Shown here: piece by piece, positions 1 to 11,700 of the stretch
Layout: every line of letters begins with the position of its first letter
Position numbering within the stretch: position 1 is the first letter of the stretch
From: Catajapyx aquilonaris
Taxonomy: Eukaryota
DNA: 38,874 nucleotides
NCBI GenBank assembly: GCA_000934665.2
Contig: JYFJ02003681.1
Span: 1-38,874 of the forward strand
Direction of reading: 5' to 3'
Made by a program: the position numbers and the translations under genes
The notes under the pieces: model-generated
The model's database searches: none
The model's input: the letters and a program-made list of their open reading frames with translations, nothing else
What the model was told of the DNA's origin: nothing

Positions 1-399
1 TTTTTCAAGGTGACAACATACTTTCGTCATTGTGCTACAATATGCGCAGTTCATATAAATATTTTCTCGAAGAAGCCATTTTACATAAGTTTTTTTCGTC
101 TTTATTTTTTCTGTAACAAAGTAGAACGCGTTTTATTATTAATTTATATCAAAATTTGGTATGTATAGTTGTATTCAGTGAGATACGAATTTATTACTGA
201 GCGGTGATTTGTGTTTTTATGCAACAACACGCACGTCTCAAAAATTAATATCTGGAAAACGCTATATTAATATGCAATATTCTTTTACATTATCGTCATA
301 AAGGAAAGACAGGTTCTATCAAAACCTGATGTAATTATAATTTTGATAAGAGAGATGCAAATTTATGAAACGTGGTATTTTTTGCTCTCATTTAGTGTC

Positions 400-409
400 T
401 TTATTATTA

Positions 410-448
<39 letters not shown>
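400..448. repeat. (TTA)n microsatellite, possibly the (TAA)n tail of a minus-strand non-LTR retroelement 3' end (to about 540)
   Basis: About 16 TTA units are directly visible. The adjacent 449-540 is more GC-rich. The retroelement-tail reading is inference. Confidence 0.8.
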
Positions 449-1617
449 ATTCCGCTTGAACCCGTCTGGATCAGGGCGCAAGCTATAGTTTCCAGCGACA
501 TTCCTTATTAAACGGCATCCTTCACACTTGGAACACCCTGAATATGATTGGCTTTAAATATCATTTTCTTCGCTTTAGATATGTTTATGAATACTGACAG
601 TCAGTTTGGTCTGATCCACAGGCACATAATTATCTGCTCTGAACTTAACACGGGCATGTGATCGGAATAAATCAGTATAATCTACCAGTAGCAGCAAAAT
701 AAATAGCATTTTTATGCATCATATCATATACTTTAATTTCTGGACACACATTGCCTTGCACTTTTGAGATAGCTAGGTTACAAAGACAGATAAGCTCGAG
801 AAGGGTAGATAAGGGAGGAGGAAAAAAAAACAGCAGATAAGCACGGACGTACACACACGTGTGTGTACACACCTGTGCAATGGATTGACTAGCCGCCAGG
901 ATGAACGAAGAATCTTGCGGACATTCTTTTTGCGTTCCATAGTACTTACAGCTGAGAAGGGCGCTCTCAAGTGAGCACCTCCCGCAAAATGCCCCATCAG
1001 GCGATAAGAGAGAGTGACCAGACCTTAGTATCCTAAGGCCATGGTGGTCAGGTGGGTAACAGGAAGTTATGAATGCCATTTATGTACTATCGGGTTCAAA
1101 TACGTCTTTTGTCCATTTTATCCTGGTCTTGCAGCAACCCTTCACACACACACACACACCTCCATAACGTGGGGTCTGTGCGAAGGGTTACTTCAAGACC
1201 AAGATAAAATGGCCAAAAGTATTTGAACCCGATAGTACCTGGAAAACTATTGGATTTTATTCTGGCGTCAATATTTTCTATTGCTTGCTTGCTTTATGAT
1301 TTGGTGTGTAAACTTTGTCAATGCCTCACTCGCATGTCATGAGGTGTAACATCAGCCAAATGTACCGTCGAACAATAATCTGGAGGCCGATGTTTTTTCA
1401 ACATCCAGGGGAAGGTATAGTGGGGGATTTGCCAAACACAAGTAAAGACAAATTGAGTGGTGTGGTTGGAAAAGGTGATAACCCTCATTTTTGTCATTTT
1501 TTTATCCAAATACCTTGCATCTAATGTATGTAAAAACACATCTCAATATTTTTATGGTCATGAATCATTTGATATCAAGTGCCATCAAAAGCCATGCAGT
1601 CTTCCATCCCTATAAGG

Positions 1618-1695
1618 TTTCGAATTCGATCCCCGGGGTCGGTATTCTCGCCTAGAAGAATGCTCGCGTGGGTTTTCTCGGGGTTCTCCCGGTTT
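1618..1695 (+). mobile_element. Truncated tRNA-derived SINE fragment with V-domain-like core
   Basis: B-box-like TTCGATCCCCG is followed by GCGTGGGTTTTCTCGGGGTTCTCCCGGTTT, which resembles the V-SINE central domain as I recall it (GCGTGGGTTTCCTCCGGGTGCTCCGGTTT). Confidence 0.5.
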
Positions 1696-1993
1696 GATCA
1701 ATAAAAAAATCAACGGCAACACTGCGAATAACAAAAGTCCGGAGCGGTTTGTAATTGGCCGGAGTTTTCCCGATGGAAAGACCTTGTAGGACTTCATCCT
1801 GGAAGCAGGGCAACCATTGCCCCTCTTTTGAGCAACAGATTGCCTAAATATCAGGGGCACGTATGTTGACCTTTAAAACCGTTAATTAGTCGCGGTGGCT
1901 ATTTATGTTAATGTCATAATGATAACGATCATCATTATCGTCATAATAAAGTAAACAGTAAATTGCGAAGAATTGTACGACCATCTTTGTCAG

Positions 1994-2209
1994 GTCCTGC
2001 AGAACCACCAAAAGCACAAGGCGAGCACCTCGGGGGGCACAGGCGCCGAAAAGCCAGTGCATGTACAGCTTCGACATGACCTGAGGTCAGCGGTCAAGAG
2101 CAGCCTGTACAGGGTGGCCATCACTTTCGGACACCACATAGGAGAGGTGTCACTCAGCAGCGAGCACGCCCAGATCATGCGTCAGTTTGTCAAGTTTCAA
2201 GAAGGATGA
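1994..2209 (+). CDS. Putative terminal coding exon of an unidentified upstream gene
   Basis: GC-rich island in AT-rich DNA. Acceptor ctttgtcag|GTC opens VLQNHQKHK...VHVQLRHDLRSAVKSSLYRVAITFGHHIGEVSLSSEHAQIMRQFVKFQEG-stop. A possible preceding exon at about 1791-1860 ends CAC|gtatg in compatible phase. No homology recognised. Confidence 0.4.
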   Translation, partial: VLQNHQKHKASTSGGTGAEKPVHVQLRHDLRSAVKSSLYRVAITFGHHIGEVSLSSEHAQIMRQFVKFQEG

Positions 2210-2494
2210 AGATGTGTGGAAAGGGGTGGTTTTTTTATGGACAGGTGTGTGGATATGTGAGACCACGCCCGTTTTTGAGGGGTTGAAGTCTGATTGGTCC
2301 GATTTATCAGGTTGTGGAGCCGAGCGTGCGCCGGATGAGGACTAGGGGAGGACTTTGGTCCACTCCCAGCCTCCCTCCACACACTGCCGATCGATTCAAG
2401 TGATGCTCACAATCAAGTCTGATCCGCCTTTATGTTGTGTTTTTTTTATACCTGTAGCTGGTGTGCCAATAAATGGTTGATACTACTAATGTCT

Positions 2495-2625
2495 GTTTCT
2501 CCAACCTGTGATCGTTAATTAATAAATTGTCCTCCTGAAGTGTAAGAGACCAGCGTGCCAGCCTGAATGAAGGATCTTTTAGGTTTATAAGCCACTTGAC
2601 AGAAGCATTGATGACATCTGCCATA
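2495..2625 (-). mobile_element. Degenerate Ty3/Gypsy LTR-retrotransposon pol (RNase H) fragment
   Basis: Minus translation INASVKWLINLKDPSFRLARWSLTLQEDNLLINDHRLEK matches the Gypsy RNase H C-terminal pattern (DHxxLxWL..KDP..RLARW.L.LQEY.F.I.HRPGK). Confidence 0.75.
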
Positions 2626-2637
2626 TAGGTGACAACA

Positions 2638-2696
2638 GATGTAACGAATTTACAGTACGAATTACATTGTAATTCGTACTGTAAATTCGTTGCATC
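2638..2696. repeat. Near-perfect 59-bp palindrome
   Basis: GATGTAACGAATTTACAGTACGAATTACA-T-TGTAATTCGTACTGTAAATTCGTTGCATC: 29-bp arms, one mismatch, 1-nt loop. Confidence 0.9.
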
Positions 2697-3272
2697 GTTA
2701 TGACACAACTTGTGGCAGTCCGTAACAATACATGTTTAACCCTCGATGCACAGTGTGTTTCAACATATCCTTTAGCTTGGAATTTCCAGGTAAGTGAGAC
2801 TGAAAGCGTCGGCGTGAGAGGGTGGATCCATGACTTTGAAGCTGTCTCTATACACTAAAACCCACCCTCCACCAGCCCATTCTCTCCACCCTCCCCTTCC
2901 TGCCCCTTCCACAATCTACCTGGCAACGTCCAGGGGAGATGATGGGTTCTCGGGGTGGACAACACATACACACGTGACTTGGGGACCGGCTAATTCACGT
3001 CCTGTTTGATTTTGAGGGATTACCGCCGCTGGCTTCCGTGGAGTACAAGGTGGGTCATTTCGGCTCTGTCGGCCATTGTTTCGGGGATCTTTGCATTTTA
3101 TTGTAGTGTCTTGATTAGAGCACAGATCATAGATCAACATGATGTTAGAGCCGGTTGCCTCATGGCAATATTCAGGTTCAGGTATGGGTCTATCGTTGTT
3201 TTTAATAGGTAGAGATTGTTGATAAGAACAAGAAGAGTATAGGCTCATACCTGAGCCGGAATCTTGCGCTGT

Positions 3273-3313
3273 TGCAACCAGTTCTACAGAATTCTATTAT
3301 AGAACCGGTTGCA
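3273..3313. repeat. Short inverted repeat / hairpin
   Basis: TGCAACCAGTTCTA ... TAGAACCGGTTGCA: 14-bp arms, one mismatch. Confidence 0.7.
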
Positions 3314-3846
3314 CCAGATCGAATCTCGGATGGAAGGAAGTAATCTGAAACCGGCCCTTGACATACTGTACAGACTGTTTGGATTGATAGGCTTTCATTT
3401 GTACTACAGCGAACTGTACAGTATGCGGGGAATGTTGTAGTTTACTATCGTCAGGCGTGGAGACTAAATATATCGTCGCTTATTCAAGGCGATTCAATTG
3501 AATTGTATGTTAGCGATATTTTGGGTCTAAGCGGCTTGTTTTGAACAGCTATCAAAGTATTTTCTTAGACCTTTCAATCATTTTTAAAGATGCAAAAAGT
3601 AACGTTTATGCCAATTGTTCCAATTCCAAGCTCTTGCCGTCTACTAATGCGAAGTGATGCCGAAATTTGTGGGATCTTTTAAGTATGGCTAGCGGAATTT
3701 GATTCGATTTGCAAATAAAGCCTGCTCTGCATGCATTGTGCATTGTCTTGCAGTATTACGGATTCCAGTTATTTGTCATTCTCAGCATGAAAGGGCGACA
3801 TTTCTGCAGTGTCGGGAATAACTCATTGTGCAGTGTGGAGTATGTA

Positions 3847-4220
3847 CAGTACCGCTCATAAAGAATGGTACGACTCTATGGACAAAATGTTTTTTTTCTG
3901 TTCCCAATCCCTGGGTCACCAGCATGTTTTAGGAGTCATGAGGAAGGCTGGGAAAAAGCAAGAAAAAAATAGAAGAAGAAAAAAAGTAAGAAAATTTAAG
4001 AGGGAAATTCATCTCAAATCTATGTAAGCATTGTAATACCAGGTTGAACATTTTGGTAATAAAAAATTTCGGAAAAAGTCGGGAGGGGGTCATATGGGTC
4101 GCCAGAGATCTAGGACAAGTTGTCCATAGTGTCGCGACGAAATTAGGTTGGGAATAATGCTGGATAGTCGGAATAAACACGTCGTCCATAGAGTCGTACC
4201 ATTCTTGATGAGCTGGGCTG
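3847..4220. mobile_element. MITE (non-autonomous DNA transposon, Tc1/mariner-like)
   Basis: TIRs GCTCATAAAGAATGGTACGACTCTATGGAC (3854) and GTCCATAGAGTCGTACCATTCTTGATGAGC (4184-4213). CAG...CTG ends with TA on the left; no coding capacity. Confidence 0.75.
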
Positions 4221-5086
4221 ATACAAGTCAGGGGAAGGTGTATGGGACTTTCATAACATAACATCATTATATTCTAATGTAATATATAACTGCTTTTTCG
4301 TCACAGTTCGGCACACTTATAATAAGTGACCAGCATTGTATACGTTGCCTATAGTGCCATTAGTATGGCCATTTTTGCATAACATATAGCAATACAAAGT
4401 TGCACCGATTACTGGGAAGGCGGCCACATTGTGCATAATTATACTGGTTAATGCCTCGTTCTCACGAATGAGTTTTTCTCCCTTTCTTGCAGGCAGTTTT
4501 TATTTAATCCCATGATAAAGCGATTTCGCTGGCAGTTGTTTCTGTGTCGATTGGGGCAGAAAAAATGGCATGAGACCGGCTAAACACAAGACCATGCTGC
4601 TCTCTTGCGTCCTTTTTGCCCTTCGTACTCCTGAGAATGACACTTCGCCTCTCGTATATAATTATGATTCTGCTGCCAGAAACTTGAGTGAAAACTTGAC
4701 CGTTGTGTTTGATCCCGAATATGAATTTTCGGTACATTTCTCTCGTATTTAATAAAAACCTGAACAGGAAAAAGAAAAATGCGGAACAGAGCGGCAGGTT
4801 TTACTATGCTATAAAAATGGACTGAAAATCCTCCTCGGAACCACAATTCCGTAATGGAAAAAGGTTTAACTGGCTACACCAGTGTCCGTTATTTAGGCAG
4901 GTTGTATTGTACAGTATTTACAAAAACGTGAAACTTTACACATGTGCAGAGTCCTCATGCACAGTACTTAACGTATGAAGTGTAATTTAAATGTAATAAA
5001 ATTAGTTTCAAAATTAAATTTCACATACTTCCCCATGCATCATCTCGTAATTCCATAGGCGCATTCTCCTCGTGATTTCATTTGAT

Positions 5087-5652
5087 ATATATGGGGGATA
5101 CTCCAAAATCTTACCAACATATATGTCCCGGCATAGTTGATTTTTTAAAAAATGTAGATACAGTTGACACCTAGTCATCCGCATCCCCATGAAAACAAAG
5201 AGAAATATTCAATTACCTTTTACTGCAAGAAAAAAAATGTTAAAGGGCCTCAAACCACTCTCCTGGCATGCCGCCCGATCTTCGTCTAAATCGTGCTATA
5301 TTTTCTTGCCATTTTATAATTATTAAATAAGTTCTAATACTATAATTCAATTGTGCATACTTGAAGTTATAAAACAACCTTTTAAAAACAATTTAATCAT
5401 TTGGCATGACCTTGTTGCATCACTCCAAAATGTCCCGACTATAAAGAATATCGGTACATGCCAAGGACAACGATTTTAGACATTTTTTGCAGTAAAAAGT
5501 AATTGAATATTTATCTTTGTTTGCATGGGGATGGATATGTGTCAACTGCTTCTACAGATTTTTTAAAAAAATCAACTCTCTCAGTCAATCTATTTTTGAG
5601 TTATGCCGGGACATAGTATTTGGTAAGTTTCTGGAGAATCACCCATATACAT
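5087..5652. mobile_element. Long diverged inverted repeat (foldback/MITE-like element)
   Basis: About 5087-5270 is an imperfect reverse complement of about 5455-5652, e.g. TATGTCCCGGCATA/TATGCCGGGACATA, CATCCCCATG/CATGGGGATG, AAATATTCAATTAC/GTAATTGAATATTT. Termini are uncertain. Confidence 0.7.
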
Positions 5653-6925
5653 ACGTTTATCGGGTTTTGACCACGTCCACTAACTGAAAAATATTCAAAA
5701 AAGGCCTCATTTTCGGCCATTTTGAACGAGATTTTTTTCCCTTCCCACATTTGGCCAATATGGCTGAAACTTGATATGGAGTGCTGTGATTTTTTTTCAT
5801 GTGGTTTAGAAACCTTTCGGCCCACTTGATTCGGAATGGCCCTTGTATTTTAAGGATTTTGGGTTTTTGACTGGCTAGAGGTCAAAAGCAAATCCCAGAC
5901 AAAATGAATGGTCATTATGAGTGACCTAAGGAACATGGAAATAGCGATGATTTTTGTTTCATATTGTTATCGAAACTTACCCAATTCCGTGATCAAAAAA
6001 TGTATTTAATGCATTTTGAAACTTATAGATGCCCTCAAAAAAAGTGACTACCATTCCACAACATCCACTCTCACTCTCCGTCCAACCATTGGCCCAGAAC
6101 GAAACATGCCCCGAAACAATGTTCTGCACCAGACATTTAAGCACAAAGCCCTTCATCAACAGGGGGAACTCAGATTTACCAACAATACTCCATCTCCCCC
6201 TTTTTCATTTGTAAACCCCCCCCCCCCCTCTACCCTCTCGATGAGGCCAGATCATGCAAAATCAGAGAGGGAAAGTGGAAAAGGGGAAATTTTGTTTAGA
6301 AGGAAGGGGTGGCAGGCTTATTAAGCCCATACCTGACTTGTTTTGAACAGTCCACTGCATCATGGCTTCCATTTTGTGACAGAGGGTTGGGGAAGAGAGA
6401 CTATATAGCAAAAGGCGGCTGGTTGGGAGGGGGGGGGGGGGACACGCTTGACTGCACGTACCATCTTCCACAAGAGAAGAGATGAAGCGAAATTCCCAAA
6501 TGAGGACAAGGAGACCAGTTATATTGGGTGCCAGAGATAGAGGTAGGTAGGAAAGGAAGAGGGCTTTCCACCTGCGATGTATTTATTGTGAGGCCTTTGG
6601 CGGTGAAGTTTCATCCCTCTGACTCTCTCGTCATATTGGGGAGAGGTTGGGGGATTTGGCTGGAAAGGTGGATGGGGAGGGGGGGATTGGCGAGCTCGAC
6701 CTGATGTATAGGTGACGGAGGGTAGGTAGAGGGTGGGACTCCATGTGGGGGGAGAAGATGAGCTTGGCTTATATTGAATGAGGTTGCCAGACAGGCTTGC
6801 CAATGTTGGTTGCAAACAATGTTCTGGACATGAATGATCAGATTCGGTTGATGCTGCGGACCGTGCTGGACAGTAATTATATGGTCGCCTGAAATGCAGA
6901 TCGTCAATCATAAAATGTAACTGAA

Positions 6926-7133
6926 GGGCCTACTGCAACAATGGGCTAACCCACGGTGGAAAATAATATAGCTTATGCTGATTTTCAATCTGTAATAAAA
7001 TCTTAGAACATGTCTGTGCCAAAATATTACCAACAATTTTTTTTCAATTCGTCACAGTTCATCATGAACTGTAACGGCAAGATGATGAAATTTATTTGCA
7101 AAATGTGGGTTGGTCCATTGTTACAGTTAGCCC
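6926..7133. mobile_element. Small MITE with about 28-bp TIRs
   Basis: GGGCCTACTGCAACAATGGGCTAACCCAC ... GTGGGTTGGTCCATTGTTACAGTTAGCCC. Confidence 0.7.
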
Positions 7134-8741
7134 TTTGATATATCGTGTATTGACCATCTGAAAGTTCACGTCGGTGGCATTGTTATCCACTGTCTATCTC
7201 AATAATATGACCTTGTTTTGCAGTCTTCATGATGTACAATGTAGCTTCAAGAGCAAACACGCGGAATGTGTGCGGGATGTAAAGGCTACAGGAGAACTAG
7301 ACTGATAATATAGGCCAGGTTGTCCTGTAGTCTATAGTACCACTGATGATTGATCATTTGACGATATCATTCATTTTTGGTATGAAATTATCGGCATAAT
7401 AATACTTTTTAAACGTATAGTTATGGGCGATCTATGCCTGAGTCGGTCTACTTTTGTGGAGAAAGTATATTTTCGCTCGATTCAAAATCACATAAAAATT
7501 GGCAAAATTTTTGAGTACGTCGTCAATTATTAACGATGACAGTAGAGTAACTCAGGTTGCTGACTCCACCGAATTTAATATTTTTATACTAATATTTTTG
7601 AAATGCATACTCCAAACCGGCTTGCTTTGGCTTCCGTAAAACAACAGAGGTTTTTGTTTACTTAGATAGATAAGCTTACGAAACGTCTCAGATACTGTCC
7701 TTCTCACAAAGGTTATTAAAACTTTCTTTTGTCTGTAGTATTTGCCTGGCTTCCACTTCCGGGAAAAGCAAGCTATAGAAGATTCTTGTAAACAAAACAT
7801 CGGTAAATGTCGCGTACACTACAATTGCTAAACAATACCATTGTTTCTATTTCAATCTTTTATTTATTTCAATAACCATCATTGATGCTATTGAGTTGTT
7901 TAAAACGCATCTTAACTCTGCCAGTCATTTTGTCACAATTAGTTTTCAAACAAAACCTCCCTTTAATACATTGTTGCTCCATTCGCAAGCTCCGTTCATT
8001 ATGCCACTATATGAAACGAGTGACATTCCGATCATCTGAAGTGTAACAAATCAGTCTCGTTTCGACCTTCTCTGCAACAAAGCACATTAAAATCATCAAC
8101 AGTATACAGACCACTCATAAAAAAGGTTTTGTCAACTTCAAAACGACAAACACTTGAAACACCGAGTGGTCCGAAATTACAATATTCTGTTAAATAATCG
8201 TCCAATAGTGAATGTCAATTTTCTGATATATCAATATTACAATGAAAAATCAAAATATCGTTTAGATTCTGACTGCCAAAAACAGCTCTACTTAAATCCC
8301 TTATAAACAATAATCCTTAGAATAATCCCAACATGACTAAAAACCCACTGTGATCCGACTTGTAACCACATGTCTCCCATCATTTGAAGGTTCAATGACA
8401 CACCCGGTTTTTCCAACATTTTCCCTCTGTGCTTGGTCCGGATTTGTTGGCATCTCTGCAGCTGATTAGTGCTGGTTACGGTGGGTGGTAGACGAGAGGG
8501 TGGGTATAGGGCTCTAGCAGGCTTATTATCAAGGGTTCCTTTGAGAGTGAAGCCAACAGGAAGGGACCGTCGCAGCCGAGGGGACACCTGCCCATTTCCC
8601 CCCCTCCCTTTCCACCTTTTTATACCTGCACGTGCCCATTCAATCCCTCAGGGTGGGAAAGGAGAAGCCCAGGTATATAGTCCCCCCCTAACTTTTGTTT
8701 CCAGTAATGCCCATCCAGACGTGGTGTCCAGCTGAAGAGAG

Positions 8742-11700
8742 ATGCCCTTGATTTCAATGGAGCAACCCTCTTCTGAAGAAGGTAAGAGTCTCCCCCACCC
8801 CCCACCCCCACCCCCATCCTCTAAGATGCAATTACCTAACAATCCAGGTGGAAAATTCGGTCTGGAATGAGCCAGTACTGGCGCCGGCGCCAGGTTAGTA
8901 CAAATGAAGGCAAAATCTCATATCTGCTTGAGGCTTGTCTAGAACACCCCCCCTCTTCCCAACTATGGCCTATACCTAGCCCCCCCCCCCCCCTCAGACT
9001 CCTGTAGCTCAGGGCAGAATTGGAGGCGGCGACGCGTTTTCCGGATAATGCTCGTTGCCAGGAGACGACGGCCCGGAACATCCGGGGAAAAGGACTCTTT
9101 CGGGGGATGGCAAGGAGTAATGGAGGAATATGTCCAGTAATCATGTGGTTATGGGCATTAACGTAACGAGTGAGTCAAAAATTGTATCCATAACCTAAGT
9201 TGGCTATAACTATTTTTGCAAACTCATGTAAAAAAAAATTGTCCTCATTTTTAAACGAATTTTGATGTTTTTTGGTTGAAGAAATGCGTATGGTCGATGT
9301 AAAATCATATTAATTATACGGTGTAGTATTACCCTCTGACGTCACTATGGCTAAACAGATCTGAGCAGAAGCACGAACGCACCCGGGCTGCTTTGTTTCT
9401 GTGTTTGTTGGCGACACTACTAGAGGAATCGAACTCCCGCCAAGTAAAGCAGGTGCACCGGTCTGATGACGTCACTGTGGTCAGGCAGGAGTGGGAATGT
9501 GCCCTTTATGTCACGCCCCCTTTTTCCCCGCCAATTTGAGTGATTTTTAAACCCACGATAATTTATCGAGGAATGACATTTTGGTGCTGAAAAGTGCTGG
9601 AATGCATGTTTACAAAGTTACGGTTTTTTTTGTTTTAACGTCCTCTCCAATTACGTAACGTTTCCAGCAGTGACGTCAAGTGGTGGTCCGTGGAGTCCGT
9701 CGACTGCGGCAGTGTCCTCCTCTTCATCGGAACGAGTGAAGGAGGGTGTGCCACTGGGCGGCCTCTGCAACGGATTGAGGCCCCATTCGACCCCGGCGAC
9801 CCTGCTGTGGCTGGAGGCCAACTACGAGATGGCAGACGGAGTGTGCATCCCAAGGAACACCCTGTACAGGCATTACGTTGACTTCTGTGCTAGGAATGGG
9901 ATGCAGCCAGTCAACGCCGCTAGCTTCGGAAAGGTAAGCGAAAAGTATCGACTGTGTGAACACACCGCATGACATAAATGCGTTTCATTTTCTGCAAGAT
10001 TATCAGGCAGCAGTTCCCCCAGCTGACCACCAGGAGACTAGGAACTAGGGGTCAGTCTAGGTACCACTATTACGGCATTGCCATCAGGGACACTTCGCCA
10101 TATTTTGATATCACATACTCGCGAAAAGGAGCAGCAAGGTGAGCCTCACTTTTCGACAAGTAATTTTGGTTATTGAAGAGTGTTATTCTTATGGCAGCGG
10201 GGATGTTAAGAAGGAACCGGTAGCCAAGCAGGTAAGTTTGTTTGTTTGTTTTGCCCGTGATGTCCGTGTAATCTATGTCCAATCAGCAGGCATTTCCGTC
10301 CCGAACCCGTGTCGGAACCCGTCTTCCGGACTTCCCTCGCCTGGCCGAAGTTGGCCTTCCTCCTGAGCTGCCGTCTGAACGAGTGGCCACCTTGGCGATC
10401 ATGTACCGGGCCCACTGTCAACGGCTATTGGACACCGCTTCAAGAGCCACATTCGACGAGGCTCAGGGCTTCCTCTTGCACTTCTGGCAGGGGATGCCGT
10501 CGCACCTTCGAGGACTGCTGTCCTCCAACGCGGTGGTCAGCCTTCTGGGCGTCTGCGACTGCATCTTGTACAGGGCCATCTGTGCTGTGCTTATGCCCTC
10601 GGTTCTGCAGGTAGGTCATCATATTTGACTCGTTGTTGGCATAATGCTGACCAATGTCCGTAGGCGCTTCCGGACAGTTTAACACCGGTCATACGGCGAT
10701 TCGCACGGGACTTGGAAGGATGGCTGAAGCAGGCTCTGGAAGATCTTCCAGGACACCTGAGGAACCTCAAACTGGATTGTAAGAAATATTAGTAGGTGTA
10801 GTTGAAAAGCATTGTTGTAATCGGCATGTGCTACTTCTTTCAGTGGCGCGTCACTTTTCTCAGCTCCTTCGACGTCAAACGTCGCTGAACCACCTGTGCC
10901 AGGCCTTCAGGATGGTGATCCACAGCGCTGAAATCACCAGCCAGATGCTTCAGGACTGGAGGAACGTCGATCTTGAATCGGTGTGTCGGCAAACCATCTA
11001 CACTATGGGGAAACGAGGCGCCGGGGTCACTAAGCAACTAGTCTCCAACCGTACGTTGATCATCCGGGGGACATCTTGTGAACCCAAATTAACAACCGCC
11101 CTTCCAGTGTACCACGAATTTGAGCGTCTTCTGGAAGAACAAGCTCCGATCGAATCATACACCGAGTGGCTGGAGACAATCGTACAACGATGCGTCGTTC
11201 TTCCTGCACACACCAAGAAGGCGCCGATGAGGGACGTGGCCAGGCACTTCCTCCTGGTCTGGTCCTGCTTTGGTACCAGGGTCATACGAGACATGACCCT
11301 TCATTCCGCGCCAAGCTTCGGCTCCTTCCACCTCATGCACCTCATGTTCAACGACTACGTGCTGTACCTTGTTGAGCTACTTCATCTGGAGGAACGTGCC
11401 AAAGAGCTGCTCAGGAACGTGGCTCTCGACGCACCTCCGACGGTACCGGATGTCACCAGCTCCAACATGGATGGTAAGTCGAAATTGTGTCGTACAAAAT
11501 CGTATATACTGATCGTTTGTGTCTCAGAGACGGTAGGGGTGATGCCAGATTCGTTTTTGGTGCCGACATTGGAGACACCTTCGACGCATGCTACGACCAG
11601 GCAGCAGGAAGATACCGGTTGTAATATCAGTTCAGGTAAATTCACGCCAACTATTTAGTTAGTGATTTTGAGGATGGTTATTTTGATGGTTTGATGCTGC

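Noticed and set aside
6200..6911. Pro-rich minus ORFs and G-runs as a gene or G-quadruplex system
   Set aside because: Low-complexity purine-rich DNA without splice or homology support.
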